64,000 nt of DNA from Planctomycetota bacterium (GTDB taxonomy: Bacteria; Planctomycetota; B15-G4; SIAN01). Shown here one piece after another: positions 38,490 to 48,079 of the stretch (positions are counted from its first letter, which is position 1; every line of letters begins with the position of its first letter). The stretch spans positions 192,001 through 256,000 of the forward strand of contig JANNXA010000055.1 in the NCBI GenBank assembly GCA_031409275.1. The letters are read 5' to 3'. Below the pieces are notes generated by a model. The model was given only the letters and a program-made list of their open reading frames with translations, searched no databases and was not told the DNA's origin. The position numbers and the translations under genes are program-made.

Positions 38490-39710
38490 TCAGTGTTCGG
38501 TCGGGGACCACTTCACCTGGCTGATGTCGATGCCTTCCTTGGCCATCTCGTAGAGCGGCGACATGTCGCGCAGCCGCTTCACCGCGAAGATCACGCGCTC
38601 GGCGGCGAAGTCGACCTCCGCCTCCGTCGTGAAGCGTCCCATGCCGAAGCGGATCGAGGTGTGGGCGAGGTCTTCGCCGACGCCGATCGCGCGCAGCACG
38701 TAGGAAGGCTCGAGGCTCGCCGAAGTGCAGGCGGACCCCGAAGAGACCGCCAGTTCGCTCATCCCCATCATCAGCCCTTCGCCTTCGACGAACGCGAAGG
38801 AGACGTTCAAGTTGCCCGGCAACCGCTGCGTCGGATGGCCGTTCAGGTAGATCTCGTCGAGCGAACCGCGCAGCTTCGACCAGAGCCGTTCGCGCAACGC
38901 GGTGAGTCGCACCGTCTCGCTCGCGAGCTCGGCCCCGGCGATCTCGCAAGCCTTCCCGAGGCCAACGATGCCCGGCACGTTCAGCGTGCCGGAACGCATG
39001 CCGCGCTCGTGGCCGCCGCCGTCGAGTTGCGGCGAGAGGCGCACGCGCGGGTTGCGGCGCCGCACGTAGAGCGCGCCCACTCCCTTCGGACCGTAGACCT
39101 TGTGCGCCGTCATCGAGAGCAGGTCGATGCCCATGCGCTCGACGTCCATCGGGATCTTGCCGACCCCTTGGGTTGCGTCCGTGTGGAAGAGGATGCCGCG
39201 CGCCTTGCAGAGGCGGCCGATCTCCTCGAGCGGGTGGAGCGTGCCGATCTCGTTGTTCGCCGCCATCAGCGACACGAGCACGGTGTCGGGCCGGATCGCC
39301 TTCTCGAGATCGGCGACGTTCACTTGCCCGGACTTGTCGACCGGCAGCAGCGTGACCTGGCAGCCCTCCTGCTCGAGGCGCTTGCACGGGTCGAGCACCG
39401 CCTTGTGCTCGGTCGGCGCCGTGATCAGGTGGCGCCCCTTCTCGCGGTACATCTCGGCGACGCCCTTGATCGCGAGGTTGTTCGATTCGGTGGCACCGCT
39501 GGTGAACACGATCTCCTTCGCGTCCGCACCGATCAGCGTCGCGATCTGCTCGCGCGCGGTCTCCACCGCCTTCTCGGCATCCCAGCCGAACGCGTGGTTG
39601 CGGCTTGCGGCGTTGCCGAACTTGTCGCGGAAGTAGGGCAACATCGCGTCGAGCACGCGCTCATCGAGCGGCGTCGTCGCCTGGTAGTCGAGGTAGATCG
39701 GGGTCTTCAT
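38490..39710 (-). CDS. iscS: Cysteine desulfurase
   Basis: [65 protein letters not shown]. Confidence 0.98.
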   Translation of the reverse strand: MKTPIYLDYQATTPLDERVLDAMLPYFRDKFGNAASRNHAFGWDAEKAVETAREQIATLIGADAKEIVFTSGATESNNLAIKGVAEMYREKGRHLITAPTEHKAVLDPCKRLEQEGCQVTLLPVDKSGQVNVADLEKAIRPDTVLVSLMAANNEIGTLHPLEEIGRLCKARGILFHTDATQGVGKIPMDVERMGIDLLSMTAHKVYGPKGVGALYVRRRNPRVRLSPQLDGGGHERGMRSGTLNVPGIVGLGKACEIAGAELASETVRLTALRERLWSKLRGSLDEIYLNGHPTQRLPGNLNVSFAFVEGEGLMMGMSELAVSSGSACTSASLEPSYVLRAIGVGEDLAHTSIRFGMGRFTTEAEVDFAAERVIFAVKRLRDMSPLYEMAKEGIDISQVKWSPTEH

Positions 39711-39731
39711 GGAGCACTCGCTTCGGATGGT

Positions 39732-40184
39732 TCAGCGGGCGAGCGGCGCGGCGAACGCTTCCGCTACCAGCTGGTCGAAGGTCAGTCCGTTCAACACTTC
39801 GTGGATCTTCTCGTGGACGCGGCGCAGCGGCGCCTTGATGAGGCAGGACGATTCGATCTGGCAACTCGATCCGGGGACCGGCAAGGCGCCGATCGCCGAT
39901 GGCACGCACTCGACGAGTCGCACGTCGCCCTCGAGCGCCCGCAACAGCCCGCCCACCGAGAGCTCATCGGGGGCGATGGCCAGCTCGTAGCCACCATGGA
40001 CGCCGCGTGCCGAGCGGACGAGACCGGCGTGGTGCAAGTCCTTCAGGATGTTGGCGAGGATGGCCGGCGGGATCCGAGTCGAGTCGGCCAGGGCGCGTGC
40101 GCTCAGCGGAACCGAACGTCCGCGCGTGGCGAGGTGCGACACCGCGAGGATCGCGTAGTCGAGCCGTCGTGAGAGCTTGATCAT
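39732..40184 (-). CDS. Rrf2-family transcriptional regulator (IscR-like)
   Basis: KLSRRLDYA, SARGVHGGYEL, three Cys (VEC..SSC..SSC); heads the isc operon. Confidence 0.9.
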   Translation of the reverse strand: MIKLSRRLDYAILAVSHLATRGRSVPLSARALADSTRIPPAILANILKDLHHAGLVRSARGVHGGYELAIAPDELSVGGLLRALEGDVRLVECVPSAIGALPVPGSSCQIESSCLIKAPLRRVHEKIHEVLNGLTFDQLVAEAFAAPLAR

Positions 40185-40245
40185 GGATTTGGCCTCGCCG
40201 GGGCGCCCCAGGCGGTGCAACCGTCGATGCAACCGTCAGAGGAGG

Positions 40246-40330
40246 TAATCCGGATGAACTTGGTACGGATTAACTAGTCGGCGCCACCGAGCTCGGCAAG
40301 GAGAAAATCTGGACTCGTTCGGTACGAGTT
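40246..40330. promoter_or_regulatory. Two candidate Rrf2/IscR-type operator sites upstream of the isc operon
   Basis: Inverted repeat TAATCCG-N13-CGGATTA (40246-40272) and a related copy AATCTGGACTCGTTCGGTACGAGTT (40306-40330; 16/25 positions identical by manual count). Confidence 0.6.
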
Positions 40331-40339
40331 TCCGCCGGC

Positions 40340-41020
40340 TCAGGCGGGAGGCAACAATGCGCGCTCGGTCCAGGCCACGGCACGTCGTTCCAGTTCGTCG
40401 ACGCGGGCCAGCAGTTTCGCTACCTCGCCGCGACGAGCCGCGGCGGGCGCCGACTCATCGCCGACCAGATTGACCAGGACGTTCCACGCCGCGCAACGAG
40501 CCCCGGCACGCAACAGCAGCGCGCCCGATCCAGCGTCGGTCGCGAGCCTCTGATTGACGACGGCGAGCGTGCCGTCGACGAGTTCCATCGCCTCTCGCGC
40601 CACCCGCAACGTCTGCAGCGGAACGTCAGCGGAGTGGGCCGTGGCCGCCGCGACCGCCGCGGTTCGCGCAGCCTTCTCCTCGGCGCTCGCTTGCGGCAGC
40701 TTGCGTGCGCTGCGCACCGCTTCGAACGACGCCGCGTCGGCATCGCCGAGTCGCTGCAGTTCCACGGCGACCGCGAGCAGAGCGGCCTCGACCTTCGCCA
40801 GCACCGGGTCGTGCTCGCTCGGCTCCCCCTTCTTGCCGAACGAGAAGCGGACCGCCATGCAGCCAAGCGCGGCACCGAGCGAACCGGCGAGCGCCGCACC
40901 GGTTCCGCCACCTGGAGTTGGAGTGCGCGCGGCGAGTTGCTCGACGAGCTGCGTGAACGGGGCATCACGAAACGAAGCAGCGGGAGCGTCCACAGCAGCC
41001 CTTTCGTTGGCGCCGCTCAT
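40340..41020 (-). CDS. Cyclodeaminase/cyclohydrolase family protein (FTCD C-terminal / FchA-like)
   Basis: LAARTPTPGGGTGAALAGSLGAALGCM, DADAASF, VPL, NVLVNL; ATGA overlap with the upstream gene. Confidence 0.85.
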   Translation of the reverse strand: MSGANERAAVDAPAASFRDAPFTQLVEQLAARTPTPGGGTGAALAGSLGAALGCMAVRFSFGKKGEPSEHDPVLAKVEAALLAVAVELQRLGDADAASFEAVRSARKLPQASAEEKAARTAAVAAATAHSADVPLQTLRVAREAMELVDGTLAVVNQRLATDAGSGALLLRAGARCAAWNVLVNLVGDESAPAAARRGEVAKLLARVDELERRAVAWTERALLPPA

Positions 41021-41766
41021 TCGCGCGAGCGGCCGCGTGAGCCAGCGAGGATCGCGAGCACCTTGATCAGTTCCACCACCGCCGCGGCCGCCGATGCCAC
41101 GTAGGTCCACGCCGCCGCGCTCAGCACGGCGCGCGCGCCGTCGATCTCGCCGCCGACGAGCACGCCGCTGTTGCCGAGCAAGACGAGCGCGCGGCGCGAA
41201 GCGTCGATCTCGACGGGCAAGGTCACGAGACTGAACAGCACGACGGCGGCGAGACCGATCGCAGCGCCGATCAGCAGCGACGTGCCCAACGGGCCCTGCG
41301 ACGCCATGGCGATGAACATGCCGATCGGCATCAGCAACATCCCGAGCTTCGAGCCGATGCTGACGACCGGCACCATGCGACTGCGCAGCGTCAGCCACGC
41401 GTAGGCATCGGCGTGCTGCAGCGCGTGGCCCGTTTCATGAGCGGCGACGCCGAGCGCCGAGATCGAGCGGCCACCGTAGACCTCGCTCGACAACCGCAGC
41501 GTTTTCGTCGTCGGGTCGTAGTGGTCGCTCAGGAAGCCGCCCACCGACTCCACTCGGACGTCGCTGATGCCGCGCGAGCGGAGCAGCAGTTCCGCGACTT
41601 CGGCGCCCGTGAGGCCGGAGCGTGTTGCAACTTTGGCGTACTTCGAAAAGGCCGACTTGACGCGGGCTTGCATCAATACGGCAAAAAGCATCGCCGCAAG
41701 CGGCAGCCAGATCCCGTAGATCGGGTTCACCCAAGGCGGCATGAACCAATACATGAGCAGCGTCAC
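41017..41766 (-). CDS. Membrane zinc metallopeptidase (YugP family)
   Basis: GFLSDHYDP, VAAHETGHALQH, VTLPVEIDASRRA, VLSAAAWTYVA. Confidence 0.9.
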   Translation of the reverse strand: MTLLMYWFMPPWVNPIYGIWLPLAAMLFAVLMQARVKSAFSKYAKVATRSGLTGAEVAELLLRSRGISDVRVESVGGFLSDHYDPTTKTLRLSSEVYGGRSISALGVAAHETGHALQHADAYAWLTLRSRMVPVVSIGSKLGMLLMPIGMFIAMASQGPLGTSLLIGAAIGLAAVVLFSLVTLPVEIDASRRALVLLGNSGVLVGGEIDGARAVLSAAAWTYVASAAAAVVELIKVLAILAGSRGRSRE

Positions 41767-41882
41767 GATCCGTCCTCCTGCGCCCGCGTCAAGGTGACGC
41801 GCTTTCGCGCGAAACGCAAAGCTTCACCGCAAGCGCAGTGCCCTCCGTGCGCCGCGTGCGGTCGGCGAGTATACGGAGCGCC

Positions 41883-43037
41883 ATGGACGCTGTTGGCGCG
41901 CTCTACCTCGATCACAACGCGACCGTTCCGCTGTTGCCGGAAGTGCGCCGCTGCCTGCAAGCGGCTCTGAACGGAGAGCTCGCCAATCCATCGAGCCTGC
42001 ATGCGGCCGGCGTGCACGCTCGCCGCTCCCTCGACGACGCGCGCGAACAGGTCGCCGCGCTGCTCCACGTTTCCGCGGATGAGATCGTCTTCACGTCGGG
42101 CGGCACCGAGGCAAACCACCTCGCGCTCGCCGGGCCGCTGCTGCCGCGCCCAGAAGGGGCGCACCTGGTCGTCAGCGCCATCGAGCACTCCTCGACGCTC
42201 GCGGCCGCGCGTCGCCTCGCCGAACTCGGCGCGCGCGTCACCTTGGTGCCGCCGAGCGCCAACGGCATCGTCAAGGTCGATGCGATGGTCGCCGCGCTCG
42301 AGCCGCAGACCCGACTCGTCGCCTGCATGGCGGCCAACAACGAGACCGGCGTCTGCCAGCCATTCGTCGAACTGGCGGCAGCGCTCGCGCCGCGCGACAT
42401 CCCGCTCCACGTCGACGCCGTGCAGTGGCTCGGCCGCTTCCCGCTCGACGCCGCGCAGAGCGGCGCGACCACGATCAGCGCCTCGGCCCACAAGCTCGGC
42501 GGACCGCAGGGGGTTGGCGCGTTGTGGGTGCGCCGCGGAACGCGGATCGAGGCATGGATTGGCGGCGGACGACAGGAGCGCGGCCGGCGCGGCGGAACGC
42601 CCCCGCTCCTGCTGCTGATCGGGTTCGCCGCCGCTGCCGCCGCCACGCGATCGCGCCTCGCCGCGCAGCCCGAATCGACTCGCGCCCGCGATGCGTTCGA
42701 GTCCGCTCTCGCCTCCGGCGGACGCTCGTTTCGCGTCGTCGGCAGCGACGCGCCGCGCCTGCCGAACACCTCGCTCGTACTCGCGGAGGGGCACGATGGC
42801 GCGCAATTGGTCACGGCCATGAGTGCGCGCGGCGTCGAGATCGCCAGCGGATCGGCCTGCCAGGCGGGCGCGAGCGAACCCTCGCACGTGCTGCGCGCGA
42901 TGGGAATGTCGGCGGCGAGCGCGCGCTCCGCGGTGCGATTCAGCTTCGGCAGCGCGGACGATGTCGCGGTCGGACAAGCCGCCGCCGATCGCCTCCTCGC
43001 GTTGCTCGACGAACGCGCCCGACGCGTCGCAGGCTGA
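41883..43037 (+). CDS. Second NifS/IscS-type cysteine desulfurase
   Basis: YLDHNAT, NPSSLH, FTSGGTEAN, ANNETG, SAHKLGGPQG, SGSAC, SHVL.AMG. Confidence 0.9.
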   Translation: MDAVGALYLDHNATVPLLPEVRRCLQAALNGELANPSSLHAAGVHARRSLDDAREQVAALLHVSADEIVFTSGGTEANHLALAGPLLPRPEGAHLVVSAIEHSSTLAAARRLAELGARVTLVPPSANGIVKVDAMVAALEPQTRLVACMAANNETGVCQPFVELAAALAPRDIPLHVDAVQWLGRFPLDAAQSGATTISASAHKLGGPQGVGALWVRRGTRIEAWIGGGRQERGRRGGTPPLLLLIGFAAAAAATRSRLAAQPESTRARDAFESALASGGRSFRVVGSDAPRLPNTSLVLAEGHDGAQLVTAMSARGVEIASGSACQAGASEPSHVLRAMGMSAASARSAVRFSFGSADDVAVGQAAADRLLALLDERARRVAG

Positions 43038-43184
43038 CCCCCGCTCGCGGAGCTCCCCGCTCCGAGGGAAAGTTCTGCACGCGGCTATGTTGCGCCCTCG
43101 GGCCGTGATACGGCCGCTCGCACCGGACGGAAGATCGCGGCCCTCGCACCGTCTTAGGCGCAAGACTCTTGCGGAATCCCCTCC

Positions 43185-45176
43185 ATGAAGCGTACCGCCC
43201 CACTCCTCCTCGCCGTGATCGCCCTCATCGGCGGCCTCGCCTGGTGGCTGCATGAACCGACCGAACCCGCGATCGGCCCGGTTCCCAATCGCGTCGCCCG
43301 CGAAGGCGGCAACGTGGCTCGCGTGCCGGATGCGGTGACCGCCGACGCGACGACGCCCGAGGCGATCCGCCAGACCGAGCTGCCGCCGGAAGATCCGAAC
43401 GAACTGCCGGTGATCGATCCCACCGCACCGCCGGGAGCGATCTACGGCCGCATCCTCGATCCAGCCGGCGCGCCGGTGGCTGATGCGGAAGTGGAGCTCG
43501 TGCGCGGCCCCGCCGCGGCGATCAACATCCCGAGCCTCTACACGCGGCTGAATCTGCTGGTGCGAACCGACGCCGCCGGAAACTACCGCTTCAACAGGGT
43601 CACTCCCAACGACGACTACATCATCGTCGCGAGCCACCCCGACTACGGCGACTGCGAGGCGGGGCCCATCGTGGTCGCCCCCGCCACCGAGCAACCGGCC
43701 GGCGATCTGCGCTTGCGGGACGGCGTGATGGTCGAGGGGTTCGTGCGCTGCGACGGCCGTCCCCTGCAGAACGCCGTCGTCATCCTCAGCAATGCGATGG
43801 AACGGCTGCGCAAGCTGCGCCCCGACGGTCCTCACCCGCCCGACGCCGAGCCCTTCGAGCTGCGCACCGCCACCGATGCGAATGGCCACTACTCGTTCAC
43901 CTCGGCGCCGTTCTCGAGCTTCGAGATCACCGCCGAACTCGACGGCTACTCGCGCATCACGAAGAACTCGCAGACGAGCTTCCTCGGCCGCAGCTCGAAA
44001 GAGCACAAGATCGATTTCGACCTGACGTTGGCGCGGCGCATCACGGGCAGCGTCACCGACGAGAGCAAGAACCCGATCGCGGGCGCGAAGCTGGCCGCCA
44101 CCATCGCGAACCAGAGCTTCCGGTGCGAAGCCGAGGCGCTCACCGACGGTGCTGGCCGCTTCACGATCGAGGCGCTCGCCGAAGGGCAGTACTTCCTCCA
44201 GGCGAGCTGCGACGGCTTCTCCGAATCGCACCAGCAGCAAGTGAACGCCGGCAGCGAAGGTCTCGTGATCGAGTTGCGGGTGCAGGGCAGCGCGGTCGGC
44301 GTCGTCGTCGATGAGGAGAGCGGCGCGCCCATTCCCGAGTTCACGCTGGCGATCCAGCAGCAATACAAGGGACGCGGCCCGATCGACATGAAGCAGAACC
44401 TGCGCTACCACGACAGCGGCGGCCGCTTCGAAGTGAAGAACCTCGATCCAGGTCGCTACACGGTCGAAGGCTCGGCGGCCGGTTATGCCACGAGCGTCTC
44501 CGATGAGTTCGAGGTCACGCGCGGCCAGGTCACGGCCGGCGTCCGCATCGAGATGAACAAGGGCGGCAAGGTCGTCGGCATCGTCGTCGATCGCGACCAC
44601 AAACCGATCCGCAACGCGCTGGTCAGCCTCCGCGACAACGGCACCAAGGACAACCAGGTGCTCGAGATCTTCTCGCAGATGTCGGCGCGAGGAAGCGGGA
44701 TGCCGAAGTTCCGCACCCAGGAAGATGGCCGCTTCACGCTCGATCTGGTGGTGCCGGAGACCTACCAGGTCGCGGTTCGCCACAACCAGTTCGCCGGTCA
44801 GCTTCGGGACGACGTCACCGTGCGCAAGAACGAGACGGTCGACGTCGGTGAGCTGATCCTGCTGCGTGGCGCGCGCATCTCTGGGACCGCCTACGACCTC
44901 GACGGCAAGCCGCTGGTGGGCGCGACCATCACCGGGATGGCCGGGAAGTCGAGCGGCTACAAGTCGACGCGGACCAACAACGACGGCTTCTACGAACTGC
45001 TCAGCATGAACGACGGCGAGTACACCATCACGATCAACAGCTTCCAGTCGAACCCCCCCATGAACCCGCTCGCGACGCTGTCACTCGCGAAGAACAGCCG
45101 TCAGACCGTGCAGGTCTCCGATGGCGACGACGTCACGGTCGACCTGCGCCTCTCGAAGGACAAGCCGAAGGAGTAA
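43185..45176 (+). CDS. Secreted/membrane-anchored protein with repeated carboxypeptidase-regulatory-like domains
   Basis: N-terminal signal/TM and about six repeats of the type GR.LDPAGAPVADAEV...TDAAG.Y.F...PG.Y. Confidence 0.85.
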   Translation: MKRTAPLLLAVIALIGGLAWWLHEPTEPAIGPVPNRVAREGGNVARVPDAVTADATTPEAIRQTELPPEDPNELPVIDPTAPPGAIYGRILDPAGAPVADAEVELVRGPAAAINIPSLYTRLNLLVRTDAAGNYRFNRVTPNDDYIIVASHPDYGDCEAGPIVVAPATEQPAGDLRLRDGVMVEGFVRCDGRPLQNAVVILSNAMERLRKLRPDGPHPPDAEPFELRTATDANGHYSFTSAPFSSFEITAELDGYSRITKNSQTSFLGRSSKEHKIDFDLTLARRITGSVTDESKNPIAGAKLAATIANQSFRCEAEALTDGAGRFTIEALAEGQYFLQASCDGFSESHQQQVNAGSEGLVIELRVQGSAVGVVVDEESGAPIPEFTLAIQQQYKGRGPIDMKQNLRYHDSGGRFEVKNLDPGRYTVEGSAAGYATSVSDEFEVTRGQVTAGVRIEMNKGGKVVGIVVDRDHKPIRNALVSLRDNGTKDNQVLEIFSQMSARGSGMPKFRTQEDGRFTLDLVVPETYQVAVRHNQFAGQLRDDVTVRKNETVDVGELILLRGARISGTAYDLDGKPLVGATITGMAGKSSGYKSTRTNNDGFYELLSMNDGEYTITINSFQSNPPMNPLATLSLAKNSRQTVQVSDGDDVTVDLRLSKDKPKE

Positions 45177-45222
45177 CGATCTCGAGCTGCGATCGCGACG
45201 CGCGGCGGCACGGACGATCCCA

Positions 45223-46629
45223 TCAGGCGAACGCCGGCACCGGAAGCGCGGTCCGACCGATCGCCAATCCGCGTGGCTCCAGCGCAACGTCGATGGCCCC
45301 ACGCCGGCGCGCGGTGAATACGAGGCGCCATCCGATCCGGCGCGCGAGGCGCCGAGCAAGGATCAGTTCCTCGACTCCGCGTCCGCGCGCGGGGCGGCCG
45401 AATCGCAGCACCCGCAGGCGCAGCGCGCGACCTTCGGCCGTCGCACGCACGCGGATCACGGTGCAGCCTTCGGCGCGCGCTCGCCGCGACTTCGCCAGCG
45501 CCGCGAAGAGCGCCCACAGCAGCGCCCTCAGCAGATCGGGATCACCCTCGCACCATTGCAGTCCGTCGGCGTCGAGTCGAAGCCGGCGCCCGTGGAGTTC
45601 CCCTGCCACCGCGGCCGCGGCCTGACGCGCCACCACTGCAAGATCGCAGGAGCGGCGCAGCTGCTGACGCTCCTGCGCCGGCGCTTGCGCACCGTTCGCC
45701 CGAGTGGCCAGCATGGTCTCGAGGTGATTCAGGACTTCCGCGCCGCCCGCGACCGCTTCTTCGAGCGCCGCCGGCAAACGCGGCCCGTGGCGCTCGAGGT
45801 GCGCAAAGAGGCTGCGCAGGAACGCGAGCGGTCGCTTCGCCTCTTCCTCGAGCCACGTGGCCTGATCGCGCAATCGCCGTCGCTCGCGGACGTAGCGCCC
45901 CTGCTCGTCGACGAGCCGCGCGGCGTAGCGCATGAGCGGCGCACGTGCCGGTGCCGCGTCGCCTGGCGCGCCAGGCGGCTCGATCGGTGCCGCCGCCGTC
46001 GCCGGCAGCGGCGCGGAACGGTTGAACGACTCGTCGAGCGCGATCTGCAGCGCCGACAGTCCGATGCCGCAGCCATCGAGCGCGAGTTCGCCGTGCGCCC
46101 GCGTGGCTCCGCGACGCAACAACTCGAGCAGCGATCGCACCACCTCTTCGCCGTCGAGCGCATCGGTGCTGAACGACGGGAAGCGGCCGGACCCGACCAC
46201 CGACTCGAGCTCCTGGGCCGCGACGAAGTCGCCGCCCGCGCGCCGATTGATCAGCAGGACGCCGGGCATCGCGCTTCGACCCGCGCTGCGCAGGCGCTCG
46301 AGCAGCCAGGCGTACGCGATGAGATTGTCGCGCAGGCGCTCGCGACGCGGATCCGCGACGAAGCAGACGCCGTCCGCGTCACGCATCAGCTGTTCTGCGC
46401 GAGCGTTCTCCTCGTCGATCGGATCGAATTCGACGAGCTCGACTTGCAGGGTCGCGAGCGCACCTGGCACGGCGAGCGGCAGCGAGGTCCACTCGCGACT
46501 GCGCTCGGCGCTGCGGCTGCCGACGCGTTCCCGAATGCGCGCGAGGACTTCGCTCTTTCCGGCCCGCCGTGGACCGCACAGCAGGAACCGCAATGCGATG
46601 ACGCCGCCTTCCGCCTCGTATCGAGCCAT
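45223..46629 (-). CDS. MglA-like small GTPase domain fused to a degenerate histidine-kinase (HisKA/HATPase-like) region
   Basis: GPRRAGKS P-loop; LMRDADGVCFVADPRRERLRDNL resembles MglA LKGVDGVVFVADSQ..R...N; C-terminal EEEAKRPL, EGDPDLLRALL and ILARRLARRIGWRL resemble kinase H-, N- and G2-box regions. Confidence 0.65.
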   Translation of the reverse strand: MARYEAEGGVIALRFLLCGPRRAGKSEVLARIRERVGSRSAERSREWTSLPLAVPGALATLQVELVEFDPIDEENARAEQLMRDADGVCFVADPRRERLRDNLIAYAWLLERLRSAGRSAMPGVLLINRRAGGDFVAAQELESVVGSGRFPSFSTDALDGEEVVRSLLELLRRGATRAHGELALDGCGIGLSALQIALDESFNRSAPLPATAAAPIEPPGAPGDAAPARAPLMRYAARLVDEQGRYVRERRRLRDQATWLEEEAKRPLAFLRSLFAHLERHGPRLPAALEEAVAGGAEVLNHLETMLATRANGAQAPAQERQQLRRSCDLAVVARQAAAAVAGELHGRRLRLDADGLQWCEGDPDLLRALLWALFAALAKSRRARAEGCTVIRVRATAEGRALRLRVLRFGRPARGRGVEELILARRLARRIGWRLVFTARRRGAIDVALEPRGLAIGRTALPVPAFA

Positions 46630-46771
46630 GCCCACGCTCCGTTGGCGGCGCCCCGACGTCGCCCCGGACGCGCCGACGGCTCGTTGATCGACTGACGAGT
46701 GGCCGGGATGCAGGTCGCTGCGCCGACGGCGCCGGAGAAACGATTGCTGGTGCCTCCGCACCGGATCGTCC

Positions 46772-48079
46772 TCAACGCGCGGTTGCGCCCGCGGGGAGTT
46801 CGATCAGGCCGCGGCCCGGACGCTCGCTGCGCCCGAGTCGCCAGAACTCGGCGGCCGCCCGTTCGCACACCACGCGCCAGTCCGTGGCGACCGTCGTTGC
46901 GGCGCTCTGGCGCAGTGCGTCCGCGAACTCGCCGCACAGGAGCAGGTCGTCGCGCTCCCGTCCTGCCGCCTGATCGACGAGGTCGCGCCAACTCGCGGTC
47001 CACTCCGCGAGCCGCGCCTCGTTCCCCGTCGACTCCGTGCGCGGCGCCTGCGCGAGCAGTTCGGCGAGACGCGCCCGAAGCGCTGCACGAGTCGCGAGCG
47101 GCGGCGGCGGAAACGGCAGCGCCGCTGCGGTCCGCTGCTTCTGCTGCGACGGACCACGCCATTCGTCGATCGCCCGCTCGAGGCCGTCATCGAAGGTCGC
47201 GTTGGTCGAGGTCGCGCCAAACCAAGGCAGGCCGAGCCGCAAGAGCAGACCGCCCGCCGCGGTCGCCGCCGCGCCGGACGGAAGCTCGCGACAGCGCGTC
47301 AGCGCCGCGCAGAACCACCGCGTCTCGCACGCGCGCCGCTGCTGCAGCTCGACTTCGCCGCGCTCGGAGTCGGACGCCGCGTCGGCCTCCGCCATGGCGA
47401 TCGGAACGACCCAGGTCGCGACGAGACCGCGAACCGCCACCAACTCCTGGCGCGCCAGCTCGATCTCGAGCCAGCCATCGGCGGCGACCTCCTCGGCGAG
47501 CGGCGCCTGCACCCCGCCGGCAAGAACCCCAGGGAAGAGCGCGACCCCCTGCTCGAACGCGCCCGCAGCGCGCAGCGTCGCCTCGAGCTCGACGAAGGAG
47601 AGGGGCGCGCGCGGTGCGCCACGGCGCAGCGCTCGCCAGCCGGGCTGCGACCACGGCAGAGTTCGTTCGCGCAACGTCTCGAGTTCGGGGCGCCACGGTG
47701 CGAGCTCGCCGACGCGCTGCTCGAAGGTGGCGCCAAGGAGCTGGACGGCTCCGTCATCCCCTTCAACCGCCGCGAACAGGAGCGCCGCTCGCAAACGCGG
47801 CAGCTCCAGCAGCGCTCGCTCGAGCGCGACCGCCGGCGCGGGCGGCCAGCGATTCAGCGCCGCCAGCGCCGCCACGACGTCCGCCGGTGCAAGCGCACGG
47901 CGCAACTGCGCCTCGGCCGCCGACCGACGCGCCGGCTCCGACGCATCGAGCTCGACCCGCCACGCATCGAGGCGCGGGTCGGAGCCGTTCGACGCGACCG
48001 CTTGCGGGCATGGCATCCGCGCGCTCGCCGGCGTCGCGGCCGCGACCAGGAGCCACGCCGCCACCAGCGCACGCCTCAT
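46772..48079 (-). CDS. Hypothetical secreted protein
   Basis: Signal peptide MRRALVAAWLLVAAATPASA; ATGA overlap with the kinase stop; alpha-helical, Ala/Leu-rich. Confidence 0.65.
   Translation of the reverse strand: MRRALVAAWLLVAAATPASARMPCPQAVASNGSDPRLDAWRVELDASEPARRSAAEAQLRRALAPADVVAALAALNRWPPAPAVALERALLELPRLRAALLFAAVEGDDGAVQLLGATFEQRVGELAPWRPELETLRERTLPWSQPGWRALRRGAPRAPLSFVELEATLRAAGAFEQGVALFPGVLAGGVQAPLAEEVAADGWLEIELARQELVAVRGLVATWVVPIAMAEADAASDSERGEVELQQRRACETRWFCAALTRCRELPSGAAATAAGGLLLRLGLPWFGATSTNATFDDGLERAIDEWRGPSQQKQRTAAALPFPPPPLATRAALRARLAELLAQAPRTESTGNEARLAEWTASWRDLVDQAAGRERDDLLLCGEFADALRQSAATTVATDWRVVCERAAAEFWRLGRSERPGRGLIELPAGATAR

Noticed and set aside
41763..44783. 1006-aa minus-strand ORF
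   Set aside because: Antisense shadow of the desulfurase and the repeat-domain protein genes.
43400..45150. Repeated sequence units as a possible DNA repeat array or CRISPR
   Set aside because: Repetition is at the protein-domain level only; no identical nucleotide repeats with spacers and no cas genes seen in the window.
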